Source: Bacteroidaceae bacterium
GTDB lineage: Bacteria; Bacteroidota; Bacteroidia; Bacteroidales; Bacteroidaceae
Reading direction: 5' to 3'
Assembly (NCBI GenBank): GCA_045597745.1
Contig: JAZLKQ010000528.1
Span: 2,208-66,207, forward strand
DNA length: 64,000 nucleotides
Program-made: the position numbers and the translations under genes
In this document: positions 32,001 through 37,238 of the stretch, piece by piece
How positions within the stretch are numbered: the stretch's first letter is position 1
Layout of the letters: every line of letters starts with the position of its first letter
Notes under the pieces: generated by a model
What the model saw: the letters and a program-made list of their open reading frames with translations, nothing else
What the model was told of the DNA's origin: nothing
Database searches by the model: none

Positions 32001-35000
32001 TTGAAGCAGCACCATTACCTTTGCTGTCAGAATCATCACGAGCAGAAAGGGGACTGCCGGATACTGATGTATGACTGATGGTGGAACGCCCGCCCACCGA
32101 TGATTTTTTCTCAATATCCTTCTTGTTCTTGTATGGCTCAGCTTTTTCATTCCAGAAGAATGATTTGTGCATTACTATTTTCCCTCCCTCATTATACATT
32201 CTGATAACAACAGCGTAACCTTTACCAATCATTTTGGTGAATGCTACACTACCATTGCTCAGGTCTTTCACATGGTCTGGATTGTTCAGAACATCTTGTA
32301 TCAGGTTGTAATCCTCATGATCAACTTCCGGATGGTGATTAACAGCATGGTCTATAAAATAGCCTTTACCGCAGTATATCCTGTTGTCTTTGAGTGTTCC
32401 ACCAAACAAAGATTGCATCCAGTCAGATGGTATATATGCAATAGGTTCAAGCTTGGCACCAAACTTTGCCACGATATCCTTTAATTCCCTTGCTTCTGCC
32501 CATTCCAAATCAGGATCGTTAAGCCAATCCTGCATTCTCTTCTGCATTTCCTTGGTATGGGCACCATCTTCAAACGATGTCTCTTCTGATTCATTCTGCT
32601 GGCTCGCATGCTTGGCATTGTAATAGTCTGCGGCCTCGGAATAGAGGATGAAGTCCACACCTGGGAACATGGCAGACAGCTCTGCCTTGAGCTTGCTTGC
32701 CACCTCAAAACCTGGAGCGTCCTCTTCGTTGAAGGACATATCATTTATGAGGACGGTAGCAATACCGTTCTCATTTAGTGTCTCTCCCTCGTTTGCTGCT
32801 ATGATGAACAGGCCGTCCCTGTATGCAGAGCCGGACCCTGTACCCATTGCAGCAGCTGCTGCCCTTGTATTCTCGTCAGCACCAAGAGGTGCAGTATAGA
32901 GTGCTGTACGGTCGTGTGAGATACCGTTGGTAAGAAGTTCAACAAGACGTGCAAGCGGATTATCCTTGGCCAATCCATGAGCATCAATGCCTACCGTCCA
33001 GTCAGGAAGGTTGTCAAGATACAGCGTACCCTCAAACTTCGCTGTGGCATCATGGATTGTTTTCTTTGCCCTTTCAACGGTAAGGCCAATCTTGCTGAGT
33101 ATGTTCCTCGCAAGATTCTCAAACTTGTTTACTTGCTCTGCTGGCTCATCCACCACGTCAGGACTGCCCGGAGCTGTGTCTGCTTGTCCTTGCTCTTGAG
33201 TTCCTGCGGTGTTATCAGCTTCTGCTGTGATGCCCAGTTCAGTGCCTCTGCCACTATCTGCGGCTTGTTCTCCTGCGCTTTCCACCACTCCTGGAACTGC
33301 GCTTTCCTCGTCTGCATTGTTTTCAGATCCATATAATGCGTTATAGTATTCGTTAATTTCATTGGCAGGTATCTCCACAAAGACACCGCCATTCAGTATT
33401 GCCTCCTCAAAGATGGTATATTCTTCCCAATTCTCAAAGCCGTAAGCCTGTGCGAATGCGTCCTGTGCATTCTGCTCATCGGCTACTGTCTGTGACTGCA
33501 TGCGTCCCAATTCGCGCTGACGTGCATCGTAGAGACCACGGACAGCGGCATAAGGAGAGTTGTTGCCAAGCACCTCATCAAGGATGTGGTCAAGTATCTC
33601 TGATACCGATGTCATGCCCTGCATGTACTCCGGCATGTTGTTGTATATGCTTTCGGCCACCTCTTCCGGGTACAGACCGCCCTTGTCGCGGTTGGCAAGC
33701 CATGAAATACGCTTCTTTCGCTCTTCCTCGGAGTCGCTGATGGTGTGCGCACCAAGTCCCTTAGTGCCGTTTGTGGCGTTGCCCCAAACGAACTTGTAAG
33801 AAGGAAGGGAACGTGTCACATACTCTGTCCATGACATAGGTTCGCCAAGCTGTGCATCAATCTCTTCAAGCGAAAGATCAGAAGAGTCTGCCTCCATGTC
33901 TATGTTACTGTCAGGTATGTTGATATTCTGCTGCTGAGCAACAGGCTTGTTGTAGCCGTCAATGATAGCCTGCAACTTGTCAATGCGCTGCTGGAGCTGG
34001 TCCTTCTCTGCAATGAGTTCCTTGCGCTCCTTGAAGTCAAGCGTCTTGTTGAACTTCTTCTCATTGTCAGCAACAGCTTTCTGCAGGGTGTTTATGACAA
34101 GGGCAATGTAGTTCTTTGAGTCCTCACCACCATCACCCTTCTGCTCATCGTTCCATGCGGCCCAGCCTTCCGGGTTCATGTTCCAGAACTGTTCTTCATT
34201 GACAGAGCCATCAGCATCAAGAGGAATAAGGTTGCCGTCCTTGTCCCTTGGACGGCCGTCATCTTCAACATCAGGCTTGGCAAGCTCATCAGCCTGCTCC
34301 TCAACGGCATCCTCTGTAGTCTCTTCAACGGCTTTGTTGGCCTCAATCAGTCCTGCAACCTCCGGCATTGTCAGCACAAGACGGATAGGACGGCCAAACT
34401 CATCCTTTGCATAGACCTGCAGGTACAGATCACCAATCTCATTGCTTACCCATTCACCAGTGCCGGTTATCTCATACGGCTGTCCCTCATGGTCAATCTT
34501 GGCAGACACTACAGTGGAACGGAAGTCCTGACGTATGTTCTCAAGCTCCATTTCATGCTTGACCTCTGCTGCATCCATCTGCTCATCGGTCATGACGTTG
34601 ATAGGTGTGCCAAGTGCAGCGGCCGCAACTTCAAGTGAAATATTTTCTGTATTGCCATTGGCATACTTGACAACATAGCCTCCAGGATACTCTGTCTGTA
34701 TTTCGCACATCTTCGGCTCCTCAACGGTACCAAGGTTGAGCTGGACACCTGGCCCAAGGTTCTTCATTGCCTCTTCGCGCTGTGCCTGTTCGTCAGACTG
34801 CATACGCTGTGCCTGGAGTTCTGCCTTGTGTTCCTTGATATAGTTATCAATGTAGGCATCATTGTCCATTGCTCCATGATCAACAATTGAGCCGTCTTCT
34901 ATGCCGTGCTGCAGCATGTCATCATCAACGAAGTGCTTTGTGCCATCCTCACAGATGACAGCACCATCAGCAGACTGGTAGAATCCGCGTGTCACCTTGC

Positions 35001-37206
35001 CGTTCTTGCCGACAAAGTCTATCTGGTGTATCTGCGGCTTTTCCTTGGTCTCATCAAGGTATTCGTATGACTCACCGCCTACGATGTTGCTTACCTCGCC
35101 ATACGCCTGTTCGCGCTCAATATTGTGTATTTCCTCTTCCATGGCCTGACCCATTTCGTTCATTGCCATGCCATGAGCGAGATCCAGGAGCTTTCTATAT
35201 TCCTTCTCATCCTTGCAGAGTGAAGCATAAGGAGCAAGCGCACGACCAATGTCCTCCGGTGTTGCAAAGCGCTTGTTGAAGAGTTCTGCAAGTTCCTCTC
35301 TTGTACCTTCCGGATCTGCGCTGTTACCTACGAGTATATCAGACATCTGTGCCACGTTGCTTGCGTACTGCTTGCTCATGGCTCTCATCTTGCGTATCTG
35401 TGTTGCTCCACTGATGCCTGTCATAAGACCGAACGAAGCAGCCATTTCAAGCTGTGATTCCCATGCTGTGCGCCTTGCACGCTGTGCATCTGTCAGGCCA
35501 TCCTCGCCAACCGTAGTGTTGTCATAGCGCACACCAGCAAGGAAAATGTCACCACCAAACTTGCCGAACTCCTTGCCGGACATGATGTCAATGCCTGGAA
35601 GGTAGCTTGCACCTACCCTTGCTGCATTGCCAATCCATTCCTCGCCCATTTCGCCAAGGAAGCCATTGAAGCCCATTTCCTTCATGAGCTGCACACCTCT
35701 TGCTGATGCTGCCCACTTGCCCATCTGATGCAGTGATACACCGCCCAGTGTTATGCCACCAGCAGCCTTGTCTATGCCTTTACCTACACCGCGCAGTATG
35801 CCGTTCAGTGACGCATCAACAGCGCCACCCATGCCCTCTGACCATACCTCTATGATAGCGTCAAGACCGCCAGAGATTATTGCGCGACCTGTGCCAAGCA
35901 GTTCTCCATCATCGGTGATGGTGTTCATGTTCTCAATGACGGTGTTCCATGATGCAGGCTGTAAAGCAACCTTGGACACAGCTTCAGTGATAGGCTTCTC
36001 AACATACCTGTATAGTCCTGCCTGTGTCTTGGTCATTTTTGAAACACGGTCAGCCATTGCAACCTCATCCTGTATTGATGTCATGAGTTCACGCGACAGC
36101 CATTTTACCATTGCGTTCTCCGACTTGCTCAGTGCCGCACCGATGCCCTTTGTCACTGCACCACTCAGCCAGAACTGAGCCATGAACGCGAGCGATTCCG
36201 TTGCGCCCTGTCCGGCAGAATAGCCCATAGACAAGTCATCTGCACGTCTGGCCTGTGCCAGCTGCATTGCAGTGAATGATTTGAGAAGAGCAGCCTCTGA
36301 AGGTGTCAGTATCCTGTCAATGTCATCAGGAGTAATCTCGTTGAGGTTGACAAGAGATTCCTGGAGCTTCTTATATACCTTGTGAACGCCACGCGCTTCT
36401 GCCGCGTCACTCAGGTTCATGGTAAGCAGTCCAAGATCCATGGCATCCCTCATGCCTTTCCAGTAGTTGACAAGGCCGTTGCTGTCATCGTACTTGCTTG
36501 GTGCTTCCCACATCTTACGCGCATCGTCCATCATGCGGTAAGCCTTGCGGTAGTTGCTCTTCGCGTCCTCACGTCCCTTGTTGGTGGACTCATCAGCCAT
36601 GCGCTGATACTCCTCTGCCGTGTGTGCTGCATTGCGGGCATTCCAGGCATAATCCTCGCCAACAGTAGGGATGGAATAATAGTCACGTCTAAGGCCTTCA
36701 CGTTCCTTGACAAGGTCATTGTAACGTCTTATCATGTCGTAGCCAGCCTGTGAAGGCGCACTCTGATTTGTCTTGATGTCCTTCAACAGCTGATCATATT
36801 CCTGCTGATGTGATTTGAGCCAACCGCCACGCTCAGCGTCATCCTCAAACTCTCCCATCCGCTGGAATGCTTCAAGCTCCTTGCCACGGAAATAGTTGCC
36901 GCGCTCATCGTTCACTACTTTCACGGTTGCATCAGGATGCTCCTTGTAGAGCTGGTCCTTCTTGGCCATGAACTTATCGTAACCGACAGACACACCCTGC
37001 TTGGCTCCGGCAAACTGCACTACAAACGAAGACTGCTTGTCAATGTTGTCACTGACAAGCGGGTCGTAGTCAAATACCTGCTGAACTGTTGCGTTAGGAT
37101 GTTCCTTGTAAAGCTGGTCCTTCTTGGCGTTGTAGGCATCTTCATCTACGAATACACCCTGCTTTGCGCCTTCAAACTGGACATAATACTGCTTCTTGTT
37201 ATCCAT
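15313..37206 (-). CDS. giant polyvalent multi-domain protein (7,297 aa)
   Basis: Uninterrupted ATG..TGA frame. It contains four HExxH-type sites, a RadC-type JAB site, an ART-like H-Y-E module, a kinase-like catalytic loop, a RelE/barnase-type nuclease-like module and C-terminal hydrophobic helices. Confidence 0.9.
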   Translation of the reverse strand: MDNKKQYYVQFEGAKQGVFVDEDAYNAKKDQLYKEHPNATVQQVFDYDPLVSDNIDKQSSFVVQFAGAKQGVSVGYDKFMAKKDQLYKEHPDATVKVVNDERGNYFRGKELEAFQRMGEFEDDAERGGWLKSHQQEYDQLLKDIKTNQSAPSQAGYDMIRRYNDLVKEREGLRRDYYSIPTVGEDYAWNARNAAHTAEEYQRMADESTNKGREDAKSNYRKAYRMMDDARKMWEAPSKYDDSNGLVNYWKGMRDAMDLGLLTMNLSDAAEARGVHKVYKKLQESLVNLNEITPDDIDRILTPSEAALLKSFTAMQLAQARRADDLSMGYSAGQGATESLAFMAQFWLSGAVTKGIGAALSKSENAMVKWLSRELMTSIQDEVAMADRVSKMTKTQAGLYRYVEKPITEAVSKVALQPASWNTVIENMNTITDDGELLGTGRAIISGGLDAIIEVWSEGMGGAVDASLNGILRGVGKGIDKAAGGITLGGVSLHQMGKWAASARGVQLMKEMGFNGFLGEMGEEWIGNAARVGASYLPGIDIMSGKEFGKFGGDIFLAGVRYDNTTVGEDGLTDAQRARRTAWESQLEMAASFGLMTGISGATQIRKMRAMSKQYASNVAQMSDILVGNSADPEGTREELAELFNKRFATPEDIGRALAPYASLCKDEKEYRKLLDLAHGMAMNEMGQAMEEEIHNIEREQAYGEVSNIVGGESYEYLDETKEKPQIHQIDFVGKNGKVTRGFYQSADGAVICEDGTKHFVDDDMLQHGIEDGSIVDHGAMDNDAYIDNYIKEHKAELQAQRMQSDEQAQREEAMKNLGPGVQLNLGTVEEPKMCEIQTEYPGGYVVKYANGNTENISLEVAAAALGTPINVMTDEQMDAAEVKHEMELENIRQDFRSTVVSAKIDHEGQPYEITGTGEWVSNEIGDLYLQVYAKDEFGRPIRLVLTMPEVAGLIEANKAVEETTEDAVEEQADELAKPDVEDDGRPRDKDGNLIPLDADGSVNEEQFWNMNPEGWAAWNDEQKGDGGEDSKNYIALVINTLQKAVADNEKKFNKTLDFKERKELIAEKDQLQQRIDKLQAIIDGYNKPVAQQQNINIPDSNIDMEADSSDLSLEEIDAQLGEPMSWTEYVTRSLPSYKFVWGNATNGTKGLGAHTISDSEEERKKRISWLANRDKGGLYPEEVAESIYNNMPEYMQGMTSVSEILDHILDEVLGNNSPYAAVRGLYDARQRELGRMQSQTVADEQNAQDAFAQAYGFENWEEYTIFEEAILNGGVFVEIPANEINEYYNALYGSENNADEESAVPGVVESAGEQAADSGRGTELGITAEADNTAGTQEQGQADTAPGSPDVVDEPAEQVNKFENLARNILSKIGLTVERAKKTIHDATAKFEGTLYLDNLPDWTVGIDAHGLAKDNPLARLVELLTNGISHDRTALYTAPLGADENTRAAAAAMGTGSGSAYRDGLFIIAANEGETLNENGIATVLINDMSFNEEDAPGFEVASKLKAELSAMFPGVDFILYSEAADYYNAKHASQQNESEETSFEDGAHTKEMQKRMQDWLNDPDLEWAEARELKDIVAKFGAKLEPIAYIPSDWMQSLFGGTLKDNRIYCGKGYFIDHAVNHHPEVDHEDYNLIQDVLNNPDHVKDLSNGSVAFTKMIGKGYAVVIRMYNEGGKIVMHKSFFWNEKAEPYKNKKDIEKKSSVGGRSTISHTSVSGSPLSARDDSDSKGNGAASNKQENVAKDKDGNELAVGDVINVRGYKGEKTITKIKETVFNGQPAINVYFEEDGTTWSENIPKNITLVRKGKTQSAEVAGKNNNDNFAEENQNDDTVSQRISPSELTEGNGVSEESRSSERPGGSGASQEDALSLEREVKGKSGQEQAAAAIKWAKERGVWHELSTANFGTPFESGDENDNYLSEDGYIYKVNNLSHTGGSIANLLQRVALFNSLFPESAYELVGIASFGEGTAYVVYRQRFVNNAKLCTEEQIDDYMRQLGFSRVGKGEYANGSLIVKDLRPRNVLVDSNGNIHVVDAEFEGSKPAPRQRHGFASLIVKDLRPRNVLVDSNGNATDEVQRKFDEEKASFAQEAKHGRNEYATALATSSNVREAIAKILADIPGYAKEYKDWASRVYKKNNTKVEAGGKYEDLESTITTIGAANERRRQASLNNIRKAAEEREEWVEILLSRCGVSKADRQSYLPDGYVPFAELIQSNTNTQTGEQEQKADESANTPAQAVENTESEEGVTEPQKSRWESFKYPQGSNVMFNGKEYTIVGHYIPAGTDNNGYRLKSGKEIAFATEEQISPVVNEHSDVNHNPSGNRLVTDERYAQLKARMKKKLTGQMNMGIDPEILAIGTEMAVYHLERGARKFVNYASSMIADLGDEVRPYLKSFYNAVRDLPEASGMVGEMDSYNDVLAFDVTNFDKEKPDAIATAQNLKKEQEAHAEAGAAIAQTMLAQQRIEEQEDEETWEHFRERIKKEAARLAKAWNFDSYKDEQDKMSDKQKAALGDFFIYKNANSLADRIVHFALEGHRYATDAIESLLQKTECYQGSRLRNIDDIESDTRALEKTRQKKPLALKKYPQYKELIEHVYDFAVDCLEKSIAYKTQKQIELEAKEKARADKFGLAVFPTGDAVWTSTKEERDKAIDAFLDEAEDLEGVTVSSGNEVHIDKSVTSARRNYEWPRTHDVDGKPIAYIDTIFTTFLPDEKGADWTKEIGRRALAHKERFPNTSLALYGDRLVVTSIKDYFNFMTDVFKPIPFLPKDLKNYKFPEGKEGEVMRAMVANDMYGTATIGKGKNAVTIKYEGYSPQYDEFTFYREHGTGGGSVPVHRVSGESVYSDNFDVEKNTKPDATYSMPADVAFKAEEKRPEPKTNALGVSTSTMSRKESKGAGIKARIALINEKIARIPADDIFAADERAELEKEREKLQKQLDSLGKKETKAETKKGNADAPKAEAKEQKPAGSVPGEKRFKVGGYYTHSDGSGLYKVTGFTEEGLPIMDNLATKVCINGFALAYNGPVANDTAFRMYKTYKMLDAKKLAAKREEYGLDSNDDIIADKKYGINIRDFEGGDTAFADAVYYSITGKFSYQFIDRDLKGAADRHAMNYEGNKQDGKAAIAKTYERLLSLYPQYKEQIETAKKAFEDAADRYAQRQAEYEAKRKKAQELSGVSHAEADAAQQKAIEQAVPYKFSKAVEEEIKKFVIDAHAGVNPATDSKSRAAYGPRLARTVGDDTEYSRYSEMEPTTKACAKLMPVLDRFIGMEKRTDGTFAYYLKDADVLVVARKLEGGRISVSEYTNASWVDGVETYEHSKERKNDVLVEAGIIAGENKAEQPASKENDARGAKAYENRVRNLLTHNPHIVEEGWEPMDTHGGRDVPGPGSDAEMRQIWNKVVNEIKSQDMSNAKFGYGDRFMVDGKEMTVIRILPNGLGKFYYDLSADGTNTYGNVTTMPEWKLEKQEFVYEAGLTAKQYAQIDEMRDRIEAIGKELKNVGNDIFAEANREELINERVSLQHKIDSMLDPYSQQALQEIHDFQVSEYERGKNELKNNKDVTIPELNVNDLRSVFFLTKGGYYYNGNESEQYMLDSLKKRYEEFTSSELLSKRYAELIPVIKKIIDEHDNTTPPTGTDGPATEVESKTEELAENPTENAVKANAVKVKAQLASVNIEEPITERPEDFGEKIGGARKDEVITRKRTGKKSDVPAWRKKYQFRNYTQDKQDLIAEFEKQKGFKIPAADMIMVLKESEVITLGKPLYDETKPFVAFWEEEKGKGMFKRVINHPVVDSERNLVVFNSMEEAEAVLPVFEAHSVGFRVGTNDKGKHIIYRRASNGKEVQYAEFDTKEEAAAYLASPEGARSLVEHKRENFDIPGLTEVTRTNMPDYRKGKNVTTEQFMNTFGFRGGEFGNWLSTEERQSVLNIAYDSLMDLAAVLGISPKAISLNGELGIAFGARGTGNAGFRGAGAAHYENARAVINLTKMNGAGSLAHEWAHALDNYFGMMDNKQDRKAEKHSTDHYLTNGRSYRGGARKEILSAFDAIVKAMTEQVVENESAVSDAEAEVEKMLKQIDREAKYYREQFERGLTRYKYNRKTKQREQVVTKPTPEQLAEYDRLIEELKNSTDYKWEWTTTGKFAGNFAPKGEAAEKLLELVKDVKPGEHGKFKTMHNVWYQMDRLQKAKASLEKRRNTETNTKTIPTRLVDDSIWFDKGRASSYWSTKVELFARCFESFVDRRIKANGGTSDYLTYDKSDLYMAAWEHTPYPAGEEIPAIDGAFENLFNVIDEQVGEDGKVMLNEPGVVYTSADGKETEYVSLLHESEEESESVSDRGGEAANNRAGSNRVQRKVNRPTEIGLRQLEGDEFCLVEAQYTENKHYSFTSNNRIRTYEDVAYIFKTLQDSAVEHSFAVLVKNGKPTIIHLGIGGFAGTSVDLRVIIPAVNDIIPDKIFMVHNHPSGNLNPSREDRYMLEAFHKAFGDKVADGIIIDSFKNQYATFNGYDKDIADMLDAPEKEKKQKVYSFDKLSFVNGTVRKRVTGSNDIAEYIATQRLGLRNKISALVITNDMGVVGNIHLPYDTIEGNESAIAKDASDMATRMGAGMFVVYGNNINTNSASKIADEARKFNVRVLDVINLKNRVDGFPISDYVSAADYGLMEPNPIYERARSEAQIAQGDETFENDTDAKQWVTHELLDILGDDVMLVSQEEAEKEAFSDDVERMSASERFDSELDRFKNKTQNELLHLGKPMAKLKACGINAEELTLSPNVLNKHLKKHNLSTDDLKGLASAIQEPMLVYKHGDNKPNIVVVTELEANGGKLSISVKIDENGNVSEIDNVRSIHPKDANRELERLSSLREGELKNSLRWVEKEKVLNWLFGVSLIRLMPEDASSELKSVAKILNDFSNPTIREEKTELMVAYHGSAADFDAFDHSHMGEGEGHQVHGWGTYVAFNSDTSRRYAATMAGKYLTVDFAGKEITADTSVYGAKSLLDGIVRNKELYRKEYLMIDLENSRKSYEKMLNDAKKENNEHAIKTFSNNIALIDEIRDALEGVGDLKTEVSKVDFGGILYNVDIPDNNGSNYIDEGNDNRNYLKEIAGRLGKYADMFTYGVDHGYINNFHQLYERLSEKEGSKENASKYLYDAGFVGIRYNGMHDKECAVIFNDKDIKITDKTQFSKNGRTVYGYAKDGKVYLSPDGINPNTPIHEYTHLWAKAMQKRNPAGWADIVKLLKGTAVWNEVLADENYQNLNSDDAIASEVLSRISGSENAKKMIAEAEKAIAEADGVLEKAKAIRLRDRMKQALEKFWNWVGTELFGMRFDSIEQVTDRVLYDLVNKTDLGEPVEGDVEAAIRTKPAPKKTGVGYKVFYKGKDGKLYPPMVANQGGVDTPVGVWLDAEEGTKAPDSKTGRPQVKQGGKGTQGGSGTLAYRPGWHLGKIPYALQFNRKDENGNKTLFPKDFVWAEVEYAMDKNYQEEAMQEGMTASGKFQHSLAGLKRLPEDGYYEYRTNPNPATDPWIITGAMKVNKILTKDEVDALVREAGREPQRVEGDTKPISGKAAVDAEVQKFLAPDRLSITEAGKRKAHEAMNEQIASVDVTNMDDIERSEAAIEKGLSGAFRTYYDGMDLTEHPDVPAIVKEAFGGAEYKHEDIPAELERMIADERTEMESLKADADADASDELAKRFYEESRQKVADMEQGLFWYNSHKNDMTVAPDEFFDNDGIYVGAENVTEADTTRDRTDYPEDRHKGESDVDFANRVVGYFSRRFNSLKEIVVVPTDVTAEELSQKTGMSLEDAEKFVSGKIRKYNGWNLEAPANKILLIANGRTTTESVLRTLFHENLHAFFKMVYSSLSREDFIIEKARFARTFKESIKYAVQDFWGEDYYEFVSNLDGAEEFAAHTIARAITTSRIVELMDYMNSWQRDFVERYLDNIDYGTDEEGKEGNEGGYGLAEGASGGITEGFKGREGRRRRGVLRTAQSAVENPQQIGYETEEEKKNSRGVPGSERGTEVSDGRPEGTRGDGSIGVHDSQVSLSKRDAALNAAKEIGVEIEFLSREEMPAGHKFSMGFWRNGKIVLCLANNISANEAVKTVLHEAVGHEGLRKLIGDEKMDAFCRWIYRNLPKSRRAIIDLAREHHGWDISQATEEYIAGLAETDNYSSEPGEQSAWEKIKSWLRSHVPFFRVPLSGNDIRYMLFQSYHANRADSLDVAVRRAKLAHRLGFSYDVLEAKAKAYDIIRDREVEERMENDAANMYNNSESYIFSRFKEITVDMYSSVNHLVEALEKSSGKKVKAFEDVRLALNQAPGKGKEAIDKWRENYAKPLYKVVHEIVEKTGMSIEEVEDYLMKKHGIERNEVFAKRDARNDYKAEYDSAINAIENSDLTELEKDAKKKKAEARLQKHLDAIEKGTDPKYKEYREKDYGGLTGIYSELDDKFDPQKGANESEEHYNARYLEARKPMFETIAETEAQAAKDVADVENRMGDLADELWKRVNAATKSTLKMQYDYNLISREQYNNLTSMFEYYVPLRGFKENTANDFYSYDSSYTGSAFVHPIIEAKGRKSQATSPIGYIGAMASSTVAQGEKNSAKLALYYCAGNRADNNLLKISDVWYEKEVDADGEPVRDDNGRLVFRPVYPPLSESLTSEEARASYEAWEAGMKRKAKEGLAFKGTSKLDLNHSVIHISESEKNAHIIKFKVMGKDMMMYVNGNPRAAQAINNELNVEVSYSKTFFFGKLLRYFSGISTSYNPEFWVSNIQRDLLFALMSSYIKNDPEYNRAFRKNLVIALKVIKMNNADANGTLGNSYLDERFREFKENGGVTGFTQIKSAQEWENDLYNGGGILSHDEYALVNAANYVIRFGESMEQITRFAAFLTSREQGKDIRECIADAKEITVNFNRKGSGQSLTVEEAKKLRWKNGKNLTDREAKIAAILSWIPENGRKFIMFFNASVQGLYNTYKLYQKDKRKSLQFVGMYAGLAALNAIIHAMMDDDDDYLDQSDFTRRTNLLLGGKIGDDHVYFKWSLPQEMRVFYALGDIATNKIMGRSADENFMGEVLKAMLDVMPLNPTDGVAAFVPSIASPFFEVWVNRDYKGAAIRKENKYLTEEEKKRTPKYDQVFNNTGKFWIEVSKMLNVISGGDEYDAGIINVNPADLEHIFEGVTGGVGTTAEKLYRGTLGALIGQIPGSFGERFGNEFKLGQFPVLSRLFLSTDERYRNAYVNDVFQYYKAEAEHTATVVKKARKAGDKKKLQHLMDNGDYRIMELYNDFKSELNALDKAIRAAESDDERKELMKAQDAVRKDLINAIERKVK
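18940..18960 (-). other. giant ORF: zincin-like site 4 (HEAVGHE)
   Basis: VKTVLHEAVGHEGLRKLIG, read from the reverse complement of ctcatggccaactgcctcatg. Confidence 0.45.
19714..19728 (-). other. giant ORF: zincin site 3 (HENLH)
   Basis: RTLFHENLHAFFK, read from the reverse complement of gtgcagattctcgtg. Confidence 0.5.
20620..21160 (-). other. giant ORF: conserved-looking module of unknown function (GYKVFYKGKDGKLYPP...LAYRPGWHLG...)
   Basis: The motif string YKVFY..GKLYPPMV..GVWLDAEEG..LAYRPGWHLGKIPYA..DFVWAEVEY..DGYYEYRTNPNP..WIITGAMKV was read from the translation. Confidence 0.35.
21607..21621 (-). other. giant ORF: zincin site 2 (HEYTH)
   Basis: NTPIHEYTHLWAKAM, roughly 35-40 aa C-terminal of the ART-like module. 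Confidence 0.55.
21720..22490 (-). other. giant ORF: ADP-ribosyltransferase-like (H-Y-E) module
   Basis: LMVAYHGSAADFDAFDHSHMGEGEG..HGWGTYVAFNSD ... GFVGIRYNGMHDKECAVIFNDKDIKI. The order His, Tyr, Glu matches PARP/diphtheria-toxin-type ARTs of polyvalent proteins. Confidence 0.5.
23740..24060 (-). other. giant ORF: RadC-like JAB/MPN metalloprotease module
   Basis: IFMVHNHPSGNLNPSREDRYML (HNHPSG at 23851..23868) is the canonical RadC/JAB HxHPSGxxxPSxxD signature. Confidence 0.8.
24480..25530 (-). other. giant ORF: zincin site 1 module (FGFRGGEFGNW ... HEWAH ... ELFARCFE)
   Basis: FMNTFGFRGGEFGNW (25486-25530), GSLAHEWAHALDNYFG (HEWAH at 25237..25251) and VELFARCFESFV (about 24515-24570). Confidence 0.55.
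26141..26182 (-). other. giant ORF: EDFGEKIGGARKDE motif
   Basis: Read from the reverse complement. It sits N-terminal to the zincin-1 module after a Thr/Pro/Glu-rich linker. Confidence 0.3.
31000..31180. repeat. perfect 58-bp direct repeat (31000..31057 and 31123..31180), in frame, inside the giant ORF
   Basis: attgccattagaatcaacaagcacgtttcgcggacgaagatccttaactattagactt occurs twice, 123 bp apart (41 codons). It duplicates SLIVKDLRPRNVLVDSNGN. Confidence 0.95.
31000..31560 (-). other. giant ORF: protein-kinase-like module
   Basis: GYIYKVNN (Lys), then LIVKDLRPRNVLVDSNGNIHVVDAEF, which resembles the HRDLKPxN catalytic loop plus a DFG-like metal-binding Asp. Confidence 0.45.
32145..32435 (-). 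other. giant ORF: barnase/EndoU/RelE-type nuclease-like (PBECR-like) module
   Basis: LKDNRIYCGKGYFIDHAVNHHPEVDHEDYNLIQDVLNNPDHV..GSVAFTK..GYAVVIRMYNEGGKIVMHKSFFW. The pattern recalls PBECR modules of polyvalent/MuF proteins. Confidence 0.4.
36895..37194 (-). repeat. giant ORF: tandem duplicated N-terminal module (2 x about 45 aa)
   Basis: YVQFEGAKQGVFVDEDAYNAKKDQLYKEHPNATVQQV and VVQFAGAKQGVSVGYDKFMAKKDQLYKEHPDATVKVV. The DNA copies are clearly related. Confidence 0.85.
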
Positions 37207-37238
37207 GTATGATGTATGTGTGTGTGTTGTTTATATGA

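Noticed and set aside
15313-37206. Giant ORF as a crAss-like virion-packaged RNA polymerase
   Set aside because: I scanned the translation for the double-psi beta-barrel metal-binding signature (DxDGD / DFDID-like) and found none. The recognisable motifs are peptidase, ART, JAB and nuclease types instead.
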